The translations under genes were made by a program, and so were the position numbers. Source: an uncultured Acidobacteriota bacterium (lineage in GTDB: Bacteria; Acidobacteriota; Blastocatellia; RBC074). From it: a stretch of 64,000 nucleotides of DNA. The notes under the pieces are model-generated. The model was given only the letters and a program-made list of their open reading frames with translations, made no database searches and was not told where the DNA came from. The stretch lies in assembly GCA_963796275.1 (NCBI GenBank), contig CAWCKY010000006.1:1408001-1472000 (forward strand), read 5' to 3'. Shown piece by piece: positions 53,510-63,079 of the stretch. Position 1 is the first letter of the stretch, and every line of letters starts with the position of its first letter.

Positions 53510-54664
53510 ATGTTCATAAGATCATGCTTTCTGTTAATGGCGGTTCTCTCATTTGTCGCGACCGCCAATACCGCGAGTAGACAGAGAGCGATCTCCTGGC
53601 AGGATTGTCTCAACCAGGAACCTGGCTGGTACGGCAGCAAGGAAGCCCTCCGCATCGCCGACAACCTTCTTCTCTTCCAACGCGACAGCGGCGGGTGGCC
53701 GAAGGATATCGATATGGCGGCGGTCTTGAAAGAGGATCAGATGGTTGATCTCGCCGAACGGAAGAATCGGGTCGATTCTACTATCGACAATGGCGCGACC
53801 TACTCGCAGATGATCTATCTCGCCCGTGTCTTCTCGGCATCCAAGAATGCGCATTACAAGGAAGCGTTCACCAGGGGGTTGGATTTTTTGCTCGCAGCTC
53901 AATATGAGAACGGCGGATGGCCGCAGTTCTATCCGAAACCCAGCGGTTACCACAAACACATCACCTTCAACGACGACGCGATGATAGGGGTAATGAACCT
54001 TCTGCGTGGTATCACCCGCCGGGAACCGGCGTACGCATTTGTCGACGAAGCTCGCCGCGTGAAGGCTGAAAAGGCGATCGCGAGAGGGATCGATTGTATT
54101 CTGAAGTCTCAGATCGTGGTTAATAACAAACTCACGGTCTGGTGTGCGCAGCACGATGAGGTCAGTTTGGCGCCCGCGGCGGCGCGATCATACGAGAAGG
54201 TCTCACTCAGCGGTAGCGAAAGCGTCAACATCCTCCGGTTCCTGATGGGAATCGAACGCCCGGATCGGCGTGTGATCGAATCGATCAAATCGGCTATCGC
54301 TTGGTTCGAAACGGCAAAACTAAGCGGTATCAGACAGATCGAAATTAAAGATGCCTCTTTGCCGAAGGGATTCGACAGGGTTATCGTGGTAACCCCGCCT
54401 ATTCCGCCGATCCCGGGAGCCCCAGTTTCGGGCGTTCAGTCTGCTGGAATATTGTGGGCACGCTTCTACGAGATCGTGAGTAATCGTCCGATCTTCTGCG
54501 GCCGCGATGGCGTCATCAAGTATAGTCTGGCGGAGATCGAGCACGAACGGCGGATCGGCTATAACTGGTATACGAGTGCGCCGGCCAGCCTGTTGTCAAA
54601 TGATTATCCCGCATGGGAAAAGCGATTGGGGACTGAAAACCAGAGACAGAGGGAGGGGAAGTGA
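53510..54664 (+). CDS. pelA: Pectate lyase, PL10 family
   Basis: Signal peptide; SGGWPKDID, TIDNGAT, NGGWPQFYP, ITFNDDAM, WCAQHD, WARFYE. Confidence 0.93.
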   Translation: MFIRSCFLLMAVLSFVATANTASRQRAISWQDCLNQEPGWYGSKEALRIADNLLLFQRDSGGWPKDIDMAAVLKEDQMVDLAERKNRVDSTIDNGATYSQMIYLARVFSASKNAHYKEAFTRGLDFLLAAQYENGGWPQFYPKPSGYHKHITFNDDAMIGVMNLLRGITRREPAYAFVDEARRVKAEKAIARGIDCILKSQIVVNNKLTVWCAQHDEVSLAPAAARSYEKVSLSGSESVNILRFLMGIERPDRRVIESIKSAIAWFETAKLSGIRQIEIKDASLPKGFDRVIVVTPPIPPIPGAPVSGVQSAGILWARFYEIVSNRPIFCGRDGVIKYSLAEIEHERRIGYNWYTSAPASLLSNDYPAWEKRLGTENQRQREGK

Positions 54665-54748
54665 GATAATCGTCCGTTCGGTTCGCCTCTGTTTCAGGTC
54701 TATTGCCTCCGCGGCTGTCCATTCGCAAATTCAAAAAAAGTAAGCACG

Positions 54749-55781
54749 ATGAGCATCATGAAGAATCAGGAAAAACCACGGATCCGATTTTCAGTCATCG
54801 GCCTCAATCACGGCCACATCAACAGTCAGACGCGCGCCGTCCAGCGCGGCGGCGGTGAGCTGGTCTCCTTTTATGCCAAGGAGCCCGAGCTCGCCGCGGC
54901 GTTCACCAAGAATTTCCCGCAGGCGAAATTAGTGGGCAGTCAAAAGGAGATACTCGAAGACAAGTCCATTCAGCTCGTCGTCAGCGCTTCGATACCTGAT
55001 GAACGGGCGCCGCTGGGGATCGAGGTCATGCGTCACGGCAAAGACTTCATGGCCGATAAGCCGGGCATTACCTCGCTCGAACAGCTTGCCGAGGTTCGGC
55101 GCGTCCAGGAAGGGACACATCGAATCTACTCGATTATGTACAGCGAGAGGTTCGAGAACAGGGCTACGGTCAAGGCCGGAGAGCTGGTAAAGGCAGGAGC
55201 CATCGGAAAGGTCGTTCAGACCATCGGGTTGGGACCGCACCGCTTAAATCTGAAACAACGCCCGGCATGGTTCTTCGATCGCCGCCGATATGGCGGAATC
55301 ATCTGCGACATCGGCTCGCATCAATTCGATCAGTTCCTTTTCTTCACCGGTATCTTCGCGCGCGGACGTTGTGGCTTCGCAGGTGGGCAATTTTCACCAT
55401 CCGCAATATCCCGGTCTGGAGGATTTCGGAGACGCGATGCTGCGCGGCGATCAAGGCGTCGGATATATTCGCATCGATTGGTTCACTCCGGACGGACTGC
55501 CGACCTGGGGGGATGGGAGGCTGACCATCCTGGGGACGGACGGGTACATCGAAATCCGCAAAAACGTCGATATCTCCGGCAGGTCCGAAGGCAATCACCT
55601 CTTCCTGGTTGATCATAAAGGTGTGCAATATATCGATAGCAAGAACGTAGAGCTGCCTTATGGTGAGCTGTTAGTTGATGACGTGATCAATCGGACTGAG
55701 ACGGCGATGTCACAAGTCCACTGCTTTCTGGCGACCGAGTTGGCGCTCAAGGCTCAAAAAGCAGCTCGCAGCGTTAAGTGA
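54749..55781 (+). CDS. Gfo/Idh/MocA oxidoreductase; +1 frameshift near 55352
   Basis: IGLNHGH, DKPG, YSERF, GGIICDIGSHQFDQF continuing to DWFTPDGL..WGDGRL after removing one base. Confidence 0.88.
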
Positions 55782-55868
55782 TCCGATAAAAATCACCGTA
55801 AAATATAAAGGGATGATGGCCGGATGTTTAGTGCGGCTTCGTCCCTTTTTGTTTTTGTGGCGAATTTA

Positions 55869-56435
55869 TCAGGCTCTCGCGAATCGACCGCTGAAGCGTT
55901 CCTTGAACCCTTTCAACTTGAATGCCAGCGCGATATGGAAAATTCCCAAGAAAAGCGCGTAGAGGCCGATCAACCAGACGACAGCGATAGCGCCTACCCC
56001 GGGACGCGCCATCAGCATAACGCCGAAGAAAATCGATATTATCCCGGTCAATGCGAGCCATAACTCGCCTTCGATCTCCTTCCGCAACTTGATGGCTGCG
56101 ATAATCTCGAAGATACCCGAAACGATCGCCCATGCCGCGATCAGATAGAGCAGGACGAGTGCGGTGATACCCGGCCAGGCGAAGGTCAGGACTCCAGCGG
56201 CGATGCCCATCAATCCGACCAGCACGAGCGCCCACCAGGGTGTCCCGTTTCCCTCGCCCTTGAATATGGCTGCTACAATCGAAAGGATTCCATCGATCAA
56301 TGCAAAGGCTCCATAAAGCAAAACCAGTGCACCCAGTGTGATGCCTGGCCAGATGAAAGCGAGAATGCCGAATATGACGGCGCACAAACCACGCAGCGCC
56401 AATACCCACCAGTTACGAGCCAACGTCATTACCAT
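55869..56435 (-). CDS. HdeD/DUF308 family membrane protein
   Basis: ARNWWVLALRG and repeated WPGIT helical-hairpin units. Confidence 0.92.
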   Translation of the reverse strand: MVMTLARNWWVLALRGLCAVIFGILAFIWPGITLGALVLLYGAFALIDGILSIVAAIFKGEGNGTPWWALVLVGLMGIAAGVLTFAWPGITALVLLYLIAAWAIVSGIFEIIAAIKLRKEIEGELWLALTGIISIFFGVMLMARPGVGAIAVVWLIGLYALFLGIFHIALAFKLKGFKERFSGRFARA

Positions 56436-56694
56436 TTCTTTCCCTCCTCATAAAAATAGGGCAGGAATTCTAACTACCCCATTAGTAAAACCGCTGGTGA
56501 GTTAGGAAACCTGCCCTACATTCAGTAATTCCGTGGGCAATGTGGGCATCGTTTGCGATTTATGTTACCACTTACAATGATCACATAGGCGCGGCAAGGT
56601 AATCTTTATTACCTTGCCCCTGCGACCTATGAGTGCTGAGGACGGAACATTTGATAATACAAAATAATAAAAACATTACTGTCTTATGAATTGA

Positions 56695-56734
56695 GGTTAC
56701 CTGAGTGGTAGGTCGGACTATCACTCAGGTAACC
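56695..56734. repeat. 17-bp inverted repeat hairpin
   Basis: GGTTACCTGAGTGGTAG/CTATCACTCAGGTAACC (one G-U pair); further hairpins at about 56585-56630 and 56457-56518. Confidence 0.75.
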
Positions 56735-57073
56735 CCTCTCCTCCTCCTCCATTGATCAGCCTATGAATCAAAACCCGCTCTGCAGGAAACATCCTCCTCG
56801 CATTTCCTGTAAGCCTGGACAACAATGGCCCATCTCCCCGAGTCCCAATAGCCATCGTCTCGATATAGTTGACAGTATCCCTGTCCCCCAACAAAGTAAT
56901 GTCCGATTGTTGTTTCATGGCTAATTCATTTTTGAGCAAACACTGCGCTCTTTTCAACATTTGCAACTTAACAAATGGAGGTGTATGGGGTAATTAGGAG
57001 AACTACGGATATCGATGAAAAAAAGTACTAACCAGCTGATTTGATTAGAAAATCTGTAATTGAGGAAAGGCGT

Positions 57074-57517
57074 TCAGACCTTAACTGAAGGGACAGGAAA
57101 ACGTTTACCTTCCAACGCCTTATAGATCGCCTGGGCGAGATCCATATTCGCCTTCACCTTGAGGACATAACCGAGGGCGCCGGCAGCGAAACCTTGTTCG
57201 ATCAGCGCCGGGTCGCTGTGCATTGTCAGTAGAACGATCTTCGAATCGGGATATTTCTCGATGATTCTCCGCGCAGCTTCAATGCCGTTCAATTCGGGCA
57301 TAGAGATGTCGGTGACGATGACGTCTGGTTTGAGGGTTTCGGCCGCCTTCAATAGTTGTTGGCCGTCACCAACAGCTCCGACGACGTCAAAATCCGGTTC
57401 CAACAGGTCACGTATGTCATCGAGGACATCAGCGTGGTCATCTGCTATGAGGACGCGTATATGTTGCACAATTACACTTGGGAAAGACGCAGCAGCTTGA
57501 AATTCATTCTTCATCAT
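57074..57517 (-). CDS. Stand-alone response regulator receiver (NarL-like REC)
   Basis: VLIADDH, DISMP, LLTMH, GYVLK; no output domain. Confidence 0.9.
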   Translation of the reverse strand: MMKNEFQAAASFPSVIVQHIRVLIADDHADVLDDIRDLLEPDFDVVGAVGDGQQLLKAAETLKPDVIVTDISMPELNGIEAARRIIEKYPDSKIVLLTMHSDPALIEQGFAAGALGYVLKVKANMDLAQAIYKALEGKRFPVPSVKV

Positions 57518-57657
57518 TTAGCCTAATCCTTTCGAGATCGAGTTGCACAATCAACCGTCCTCAGGACAGATCAGGCTGTCCTTTGTTCAGGAATGAAACG
57601 CTACCAATGCTCTAGCCGATGGTCAATAAGTAAAATTACGGAGGAATCTTGTTATGC

Positions 57658-58326
57658 CTACTGAGTTTGGTCGGGTGCCGGCGGAGAGAGGGGGATAAGA
57701 CCTATCTTGATCGCATATTGGATTAATTCAGCGGTGGTCTGGAAGCCGAGCGTTTGCATCATCTCGTATTTGTGAGCTTCGACCGTCCGGGTTGAAATCT
57801 CCAGAATCGAGGCGATCTCTTTCATCGTGCGACCCTCGGCGACCAGTTGGAGTACCTCACGCTGCCTTGGGGTGAGCTTAATGGCCTGCTGTTCAGGCTC
57901 GCGCCCCACGTCCATGAGAAAAGTCAGGACATCTTTCGTGATGAGCGGTGTGACGTAGGAATGACCCTTCATCACCTCATGAATCGCGGTGATGAGCTCC
58001 TGGCTGGCCGATTGTTTGAGAAGATAGCCGGATGCGCCCGAGCGAAAGGCCTCGGTGGCGAGCGGCACCTCCGCATGCATAGTCAGGAAGATGATCTTGA
58101 CCGGAATCCCCTCCTTTTTGATCTGGCGGACGGCATCGAGACCATTGAGTAACGGCATCGATATGTCGGCGACGATGACGTCCGGTTTTTGTTGTCTGGC
58201 GGCTTCCACCAGGGCGCGGCCGTCTGCGACGATCCCAATGAGTTCGAACTCATCTTCGAGGATGCTCTTCAAGCCCTCCGCTACGATGATGTGATCTTCA
58301 GCCAGTAATACTTTTGTTTTTCTCAT
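57658..58326 (-). CDS. NarL/LuxR family DNA-binding response regulator
   Basis: LLAEDH, DISMP, LTPRQREVL, ISTRTVEAHK. Confidence 0.95.
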   Translation of the reverse strand: MRKTKVLLAEDHIIVAEGLKSILEDEFELIGIVADGRALVEAARQQKPDVIVADISMPLLNGLDAVRQIKKEGIPVKIIFLTMHAEVPLATEAFRSGASGYLLKQSASQELITAIHEVMKGHSYVTPLITKDVLTFLMDVGREPEQQAIKLTPRQREVLQLVAEGRTMKEIASILEISTRTVEAHKYEMMQTLGFQTTAELIQYAIKIGLIPLSPPAPDQTQ

Positions 58327-59982
58327 TTATGACTCTTTTCTGAATGGAATGGAAACTTTCAACTCAGTCCCGGAGCCAGGATGAGATTCAATTTCGAAGC
58401 TGCCGTGTGAGAGCCTGATCCTTTCTTCGATGCTGATAAGTCCGAGCCCACGCCTTTCCTTCGCCTTTATCGGATCGAAGCCTACTCCTTGGTCGACAAT
58501 ACGCAGATCGAGGGCATCGCCAGTTTCAGTCAGGGTCAAGCGCGCACTTTTCGCGCCGGAGTGCTCTGCGATATTGCGCAGCGATTCCTGTGTGACTCGA
58601 TAGAGGCACAGAGCGATCTCTGCCGGGACATCTCTGATGGCGCCCTCGACCGCCATCGATACGGAGACGTTCTCCCGATCGGTGAATTCGATGCAAAGCA
58701 GTTTCAAGGCAGCGACCAGACCGACGTGCTCGAGGGTAGATGAGTGCAGCTCGTGGGAAAGACGGCTCATCCGTTCCGATAAGAGGGTGGTTTTGGTCTC
58801 TAGTTTGGTTATTTCATTGCGGACGGTGAGGTCGACTTGGGGGAGCTGGCGTTCGAGCCTGCCCAGTCCGATCGCCAGCGCCGCCACCTGCTGGTTGAGG
58901 TCCTCGTGGAGCTCACGGTTGAGCCGTTTACGCTCTTCCTCCTGTGCGATTATCAGTCTGCCGGCGAGATCGGCCTGCTCTTCAACCATCACGCGATACC
59001 GCTCCTCGCTCTTACGCAGCGACTGTTCCGACTCCTCTTGTTCCCGAATTGCCGCGGCCAGAAACATCAAGGGAGTAGACATGACGATCAGGAAGAGTTG
59101 CAGCGGGAGGACTCTTTCGCCGGCGGAACTCGCGGTGAAGGGGCCGAGGCCGTTTAATGCGCTCCAGATCGACAGCAGGGTTGTGATCATCAAAGTCAGG
59201 CTAAGTCCGGCAGGCCCGAAGCGCGCCGCCGCCCAGAGCAGGAATGGAAGCAGGGAGTAGACGAGCATCGGCACCTTGCCGGGCTCCATCTCCTTGGGGC
59301 CGAATGCGATGACGCAGGCCAGAACAAGCCCGGCCGTCATCAGCAACCCTTCGAACAGGCGTCTGAAAGTCATACTTCGCAGGTAAGCGATGCCGTTCGC
59401 GCCCAACATCACGATGACCGGCGCGATTATCAAAATGGCCAGAACGTTAGAGAAGAATCGCATATGCCATACCTTCCAGTAGTTGTCCATTCCCATTCTG
59501 TTCAAAACAACGAATCCGGCATCCAGGAACGAAGCGGCGAAAGGTGCAATGGTTACCGCAAAAATAATAAAAATTATGACGTGTCGTGAATTGTCGAACC
59601 GTAATCTATCGCCGACGATGCGACGGATGCAGATGGCGCCCAGGAGCGCCTGGAACGAGTTGCTGATGAACCAGCAAATGACCATCGGCATCGGTATACC
59701 GTTTTGCAGTTCCACAATCAGATGGGCTAGAAACGCGCCTAACAGCGCGATCGGCCACATTCGCCAGGTCGTCAGCAACAAGACAGCAAGGAGGATGGCG
59801 TTTGGGGGCCAAAGGGTCGATACTACATGAGGCTTGAAGGTTAAATTGAATCCGATCTTCGCTCCCAAGTAGTATGCCAGGATTACAAATACGACAAACC
59901 CAGCCGGTTGGATATGTCTCCAATAACTTCCGTGATTCATTTCCTGCACTGAATCACTATTGCGTTCCGCTGACAGACTCAT
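58327..59982 (-). CDS. MASE1-domain sensor histidine kinase (HisKA_3)
   Basis: LWPPNAI MASE1 TM region; AQEEERKRLNRELHE; ESLRNI; DQGVGF; GLGL. Confidence 0.92.
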   Translation of the reverse strand: MSLSAERNSDSVQEMNHGSYWRHIQPAGFVVFVILAYYLGAKIGFNLTFKPHVVSTLWPPNAILLAVLLLTTWRMWPIALLGAFLAHLIVELQNGIPMPMVICWFISNSFQALLGAICIRRIVGDRLRFDNSRHVIIFIIFAVTIAPFAASFLDAGFVVLNRMGMDNYWKVWHMRFFSNVLAILIIAPVIVMLGANGIAYLRSMTFRRLFEGLLMTAGLVLACVIAFGPKEMEPGKVPMLVYSLLPFLLWAAARFGPAGLSLTLMITTLLSIWSALNGLGPFTASSAGERVLPLQLFLIVMSTPLMFLAAAIREQEESEQSLRKSEERYRVMVEEQADLAGRLIIAQEEERKRLNRELHEDLNQQVAALAIGLGRLERQLPQVDLTVRNEITKLETKTTLLSERMSRLSHELHSSTLEHVGLVAALKLLCIEFTDRENVSVSMAVEGAIRDVPAEIALCLYRVTQESLRNIAEHSGAKSARLTLTETGDALDLRIVDQGVGFDPIKAKERRGLGLISIEERIRLSHGSFEIESHPGSGTELKVSIPFRKES

Positions 59983-60061
59983 ATTCTTAATTCCATATGG
60001 CTCTATAACAAGGAGTATTCTACGCTTGTTCTTCGGCGATGACGAGTTCTGTTCTGAAAAA

Positions 60062-60171
60062 ATTGATAGCTGCTGGAATACTTGATAATTGATGGTTGAT
60101 AGCCGATAGTGAGTCGGTTAGCCGTCGAACCGACCCTTACCACTATCAACTATCAATTATCAACTAATCAA
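60062..60171. repeat. Heptamer-built inverted repeat (TTGATAG/CTATCAA)
   Basis: TTGATAA-TTGATGG-TTGATAG...CTATCAA-CTATCAA-TTATCAA. Confidence 0.75.
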
Positions 60172-60189
60172 ATATTTGAGGGTATCCAA

Positions 60190-61173
60190 ATGAAAAAGTT
60201 AGGATGGGGGTTGATCGGTTGCGGCGATATCTCCCGTAAACGAGTCGCTCCGGCTATCCGAGATATCGCGGAATGCGATCTCGTCGCAATCAGTCGCGCG
60301 CAGCGCGAATTGGCCGAAGAGTTCGCCCGAGAATTTGGTGCCCGGCGCTGGTACGATGATTGGAGCGCGTTGATCGCCGACCAGGAGATCGATGCCGTAT
60401 ACATTGCGACGCCCGTAAACTTACACGCGCAACAGGCTATCGCAGCGGCCTCGGCGGGCAAGCACGTCCTGTGCGAAAAGCCGATGGCGATGGATGTCGC
60501 GCAGTGTGACCGCATGATAGCGGCATGCCGCGCAAACGGCGTCAAACTCTGCATCGCCTATTATCGCCACTTCTATCCAATAATCGGCCGCATCAGGGAA
60601 ATTATCGAGTCGGGCGAGATCGGCGCCCCGGTCATCGCTCAGATCAACGCCTTTGAGATGTTCAATCCGCAGCAGGGCGAGCCGCGCTACTGGTTCGTAA
60701 AAAAAGAGCAGGCCGGCGGCGGGCCGATGATGGACTTCGGCTGCCACCGTATAGAAGTCCTCATGAATATTTTCGGTAAGGTCAAATCGACCGCTGGGAT
60801 CATCGATAACATCCTTTTCGAGCGTGAGGTCGAGGATACCGCGATCGCCTGTTTTTCGTTCGAGAACAGGATGCGCGCGACCTTGACTGTCACGCACACG
60901 GCGTTCGAGTCGCAAGACACGCTCGATATATTTGGCAATCGCGGCTCGATTCACGTACCCCAACTCAACCGCGGCCAATTACGCGTTGTCACCTCGTCGG
61001 GAGAGAGAACCGAACTGCTTCCCCCACACGCGAATATTCACCAACCATTGATCGAGGACTTTATTCATGCGGTGTTGGGCGATCGCGATCCGAAAGTCGG
61101 GGGTGATGTTGGAAGGGAAGTGGCCCGTATTGAAGAAGATATATACACAAACCGTCACAGCGCGACGTTATGA
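60190..61173 (+). CDS. Gfo/Idh/MocA oxidoreductase
   Basis: ATG after GAGGG; WGLIGCG, VYIATP, CEKPM, GGGPMMDFGCH. Confidence 0.93.
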   Translation: MKKLGWGLIGCGDISRKRVAPAIRDIAECDLVAISRAQRELAEEFAREFGARRWYDDWSALIADQEIDAVYIATPVNLHAQQAIAAASAGKHVLCEKPMAMDVAQCDRMIAACRANGVKLCIAYYRHFYPIIGRIREIIESGEIGAPVIAQINAFEMFNPQQGEPRYWFVKKEQAGGGPMMDFGCHRIEVLMNIFGKVKSTAGIIDNILFEREVEDTAIACFSFENRMRATLTVTHTAFESQDTLDIFGNRGSIHVPQLNRGQLRVVTSSGERTELLPPHANIHQPLIEDFIHAVLGDRDPKVGGDVGREVARIEEDIYTNRHSATL

Positions 61174-61277
61174 AAAGATAAAAAAAAGTTCCAGTGTCGA
61201 CTGCCGCTTCCTTCGCCGCCTGCGCGCGGCGGAGTGCCGATGACTAAATTAGCTTTTTTCTGTGGGAGTTTTTTACT

Positions 61278-61940
61278 GTGGACGTAGTATTAAATGAGTA
61301 TGAATTGCGCGTTCTGGGTGCGCTCGTCGAAAAACAGATTGCCACGCCGGACTATTACCCGCTCTCGCTCAACGCCCTGATGAATGGTTGCAATCAGAAG
61401 AGCCATCGAGACCCGGTGGTCTCTTACGATGAAGCTACTGTCGCGCGCGCGATCGATGGCCTGAAAGAGAAAAAAATTATTTATGTCTTTCATGGTTCGG
61501 AGGCTCGGGTCCCGAAATATGGCCATCTTTTTCCGAAAGCTTATGAATTGAATGAAGTTGAGGTCGCGGTGATGTGCGTCTTGATCTTGCGTGGGCCGCA
61601 AACTCCCGGGGAACTGCGCTCGCGCACATCGCATCTTCATAATATCGAGCAACTGAGCGATGTCGAAACTACCTTACAGAGCCTCTCATCGCGCGAACAG
61701 CCGCTGGTCGTCAGGATGGCGCGGTTGCCGGGGGCGCGCGAGTCCCGCTATGCCCATCTGTTCGGCGGCCCGGTCAGCGTTGACGATGTCACCGCTTCGC
61801 CGAAAACGGAACTCGCAACCCCGCGCGTGCCGGTGGATGATGGGCGATTGGCGAGATTCGAAGAAGAGATTAGATCGATGCGCCGGGAGATCGACGAATT
61901 GAAGCAGGAATTTGCAAAATTTAAGAGCCAGTTCGAATAG
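61278..61940 (+). CDS. yceH: YceH/DUF480 family protein
   Basis: RVLGALVEK..TPDYYPLSLNAL..CNQKS.RDPV; LRGPQTPGELR. Confidence 0.9.
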   Translation: MDVVLNEYELRVLGALVEKQIATPDYYPLSLNALMNGCNQKSHRDPVVSYDEATVARAIDGLKEKKIIYVFHGSEARVPKYGHLFPKAYELNEVEVAVMCVLILRGPQTPGELRSRTSHLHNIEQLSDVETTLQSLSSREQPLVVRMARLPGARESRYAHLFGGPVSVDDVTASPKTELATPRVPVDDGRLARFEEEIRSMRREIDELKQEFAKFKSQFE

Positions 61941-62038
61941 GTCAGATCCATTGACGAGTCATTTAAGCTTATGTTAAAAGCCACTGACCGACCAAAGCTG
62001 CTCCGGACCTTTTTCTCCCCCAAAGTGAGTATTTGGGT

Positions 62039-63079
62039 ATGAGGCTGCATGTATTTGCATTGATTCTATGTTGTACGATTCCTTCGTTCGCGCAGACTGA
62101 ATCGCAAGACTATCTCACTGATGCATCGCTCCCGCTGCCGACAAATGGTACTAAAATCCGCACGCCTAAACCGCTCGCGCCATATAAAATCTATCGTATC
62201 AAAGTCACATCGCCCTACAACCTGAAATCGGTTTATTCCGAGAGCCAGGGGAACTACGAAACTGACATCCTGATCGATGGGAAATTTTTACGTACCATCT
62301 CGTTCGACGAGGGCTCTGACAGTCACATCGGCAATCTCGAATTTCTATATCGAGGATACGGTAAGCAGGTTTACATCGGTTTCACCAGAGACCATTACAA
62401 AGAGATCGAACGTGCTCAGATTCAAATCTACGCCGAGGGGTGGATGCAAAAAGTTTGGCGCGAGCGGTTCAGCAGAAGCTGGCGAGTCTACGGCGAATAT
62501 ATAGCTGGATTTTTGATCCTGGTTCCGCTCATTTTATCGCTCGGGTTCTATCTCAACCGGTGGAGTCAGAGAAATAGGGCTGATGAAAAGAAGTTGGAGA
62601 TGGAGCGCCAGGCTATGATCCTCAACTCGCATAACAAAAGCCTGGAACTGATAAGGGAGATCGATCAAAGGGCCCAACAGAAATCCAACGAACTTATCGC
62701 AAGGAACTATGACGAATTGCAAAAGAAGATAATGTATTGGCGCACACGGGCATACACGGAATCTTATTTTCTCAATTCCGACCTGCGAAAAAGTTATGCT
62801 GCCGTCAATCGGGATAAGATTATCAACGAACTCGAGAAGGAATGGACCAATGAATTTCTGGATATAGCGCAGGATCTGGCTCTCGGGAAAGCGCTCAAAG
62901 AACAGGAGCCGGGCGTCATGCATTGGATAGAAGCCCGGCAGGAGGTGGTGAATATCGCACATCAGCTCACCTGGAGTACTCAGCCCGTGATAGACGCATA
63001 TTTTGAAGAGGTTCCTGGTCAGGTCATCCCCGACGAGGGGGAGGGGCAGGTGCAGGCCGAAAAGTCCGCTCAAAACTAG
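62039..63079 (+). CDS. Hypothetical single-pass membrane protein
   Basis: Signal peptide, beta-rich domain, central TM helix (IAGFLILVPLILSLGFYL), helical C-terminal domain. Confidence 0.75.
   Translation: MRLHVFALILCCTIPSFAQTESQDYLTDASLPLPTNGTKIRTPKPLAPYKIYRIKVTSPYNLKSVYSESQGNYETDILIDGKFLRTISFDEGSDSHIGNLEFLYRGYGKQVYIGFTRDHYKEIERAQIQIYAEGWMQKVWRERFSRSWRVYGEYIAGFLILVPLILSLGFYLNRWSQRNRADEKKLEMERQAMILNSHNKSLELIREIDQRAQQKSNELIARNYDELQKKIMYWRTRAYTESYFLNSDLRKSYAAVNRDKIINELEKEWTNEFLDIAQDLALGKALKEQEPGVMHWIEARQEVVNIAHQLTWSTQPVIDAYFEEVPGQVIPDEGEGQVQAEKSAQN

Noticed and set aside
16215-55360. True pseudogenes or programmed frameshifting
   Set aside because: Each gene has one +1 lesion, no further decay and no slippery heptamer; sequencing error is more parsimonious.
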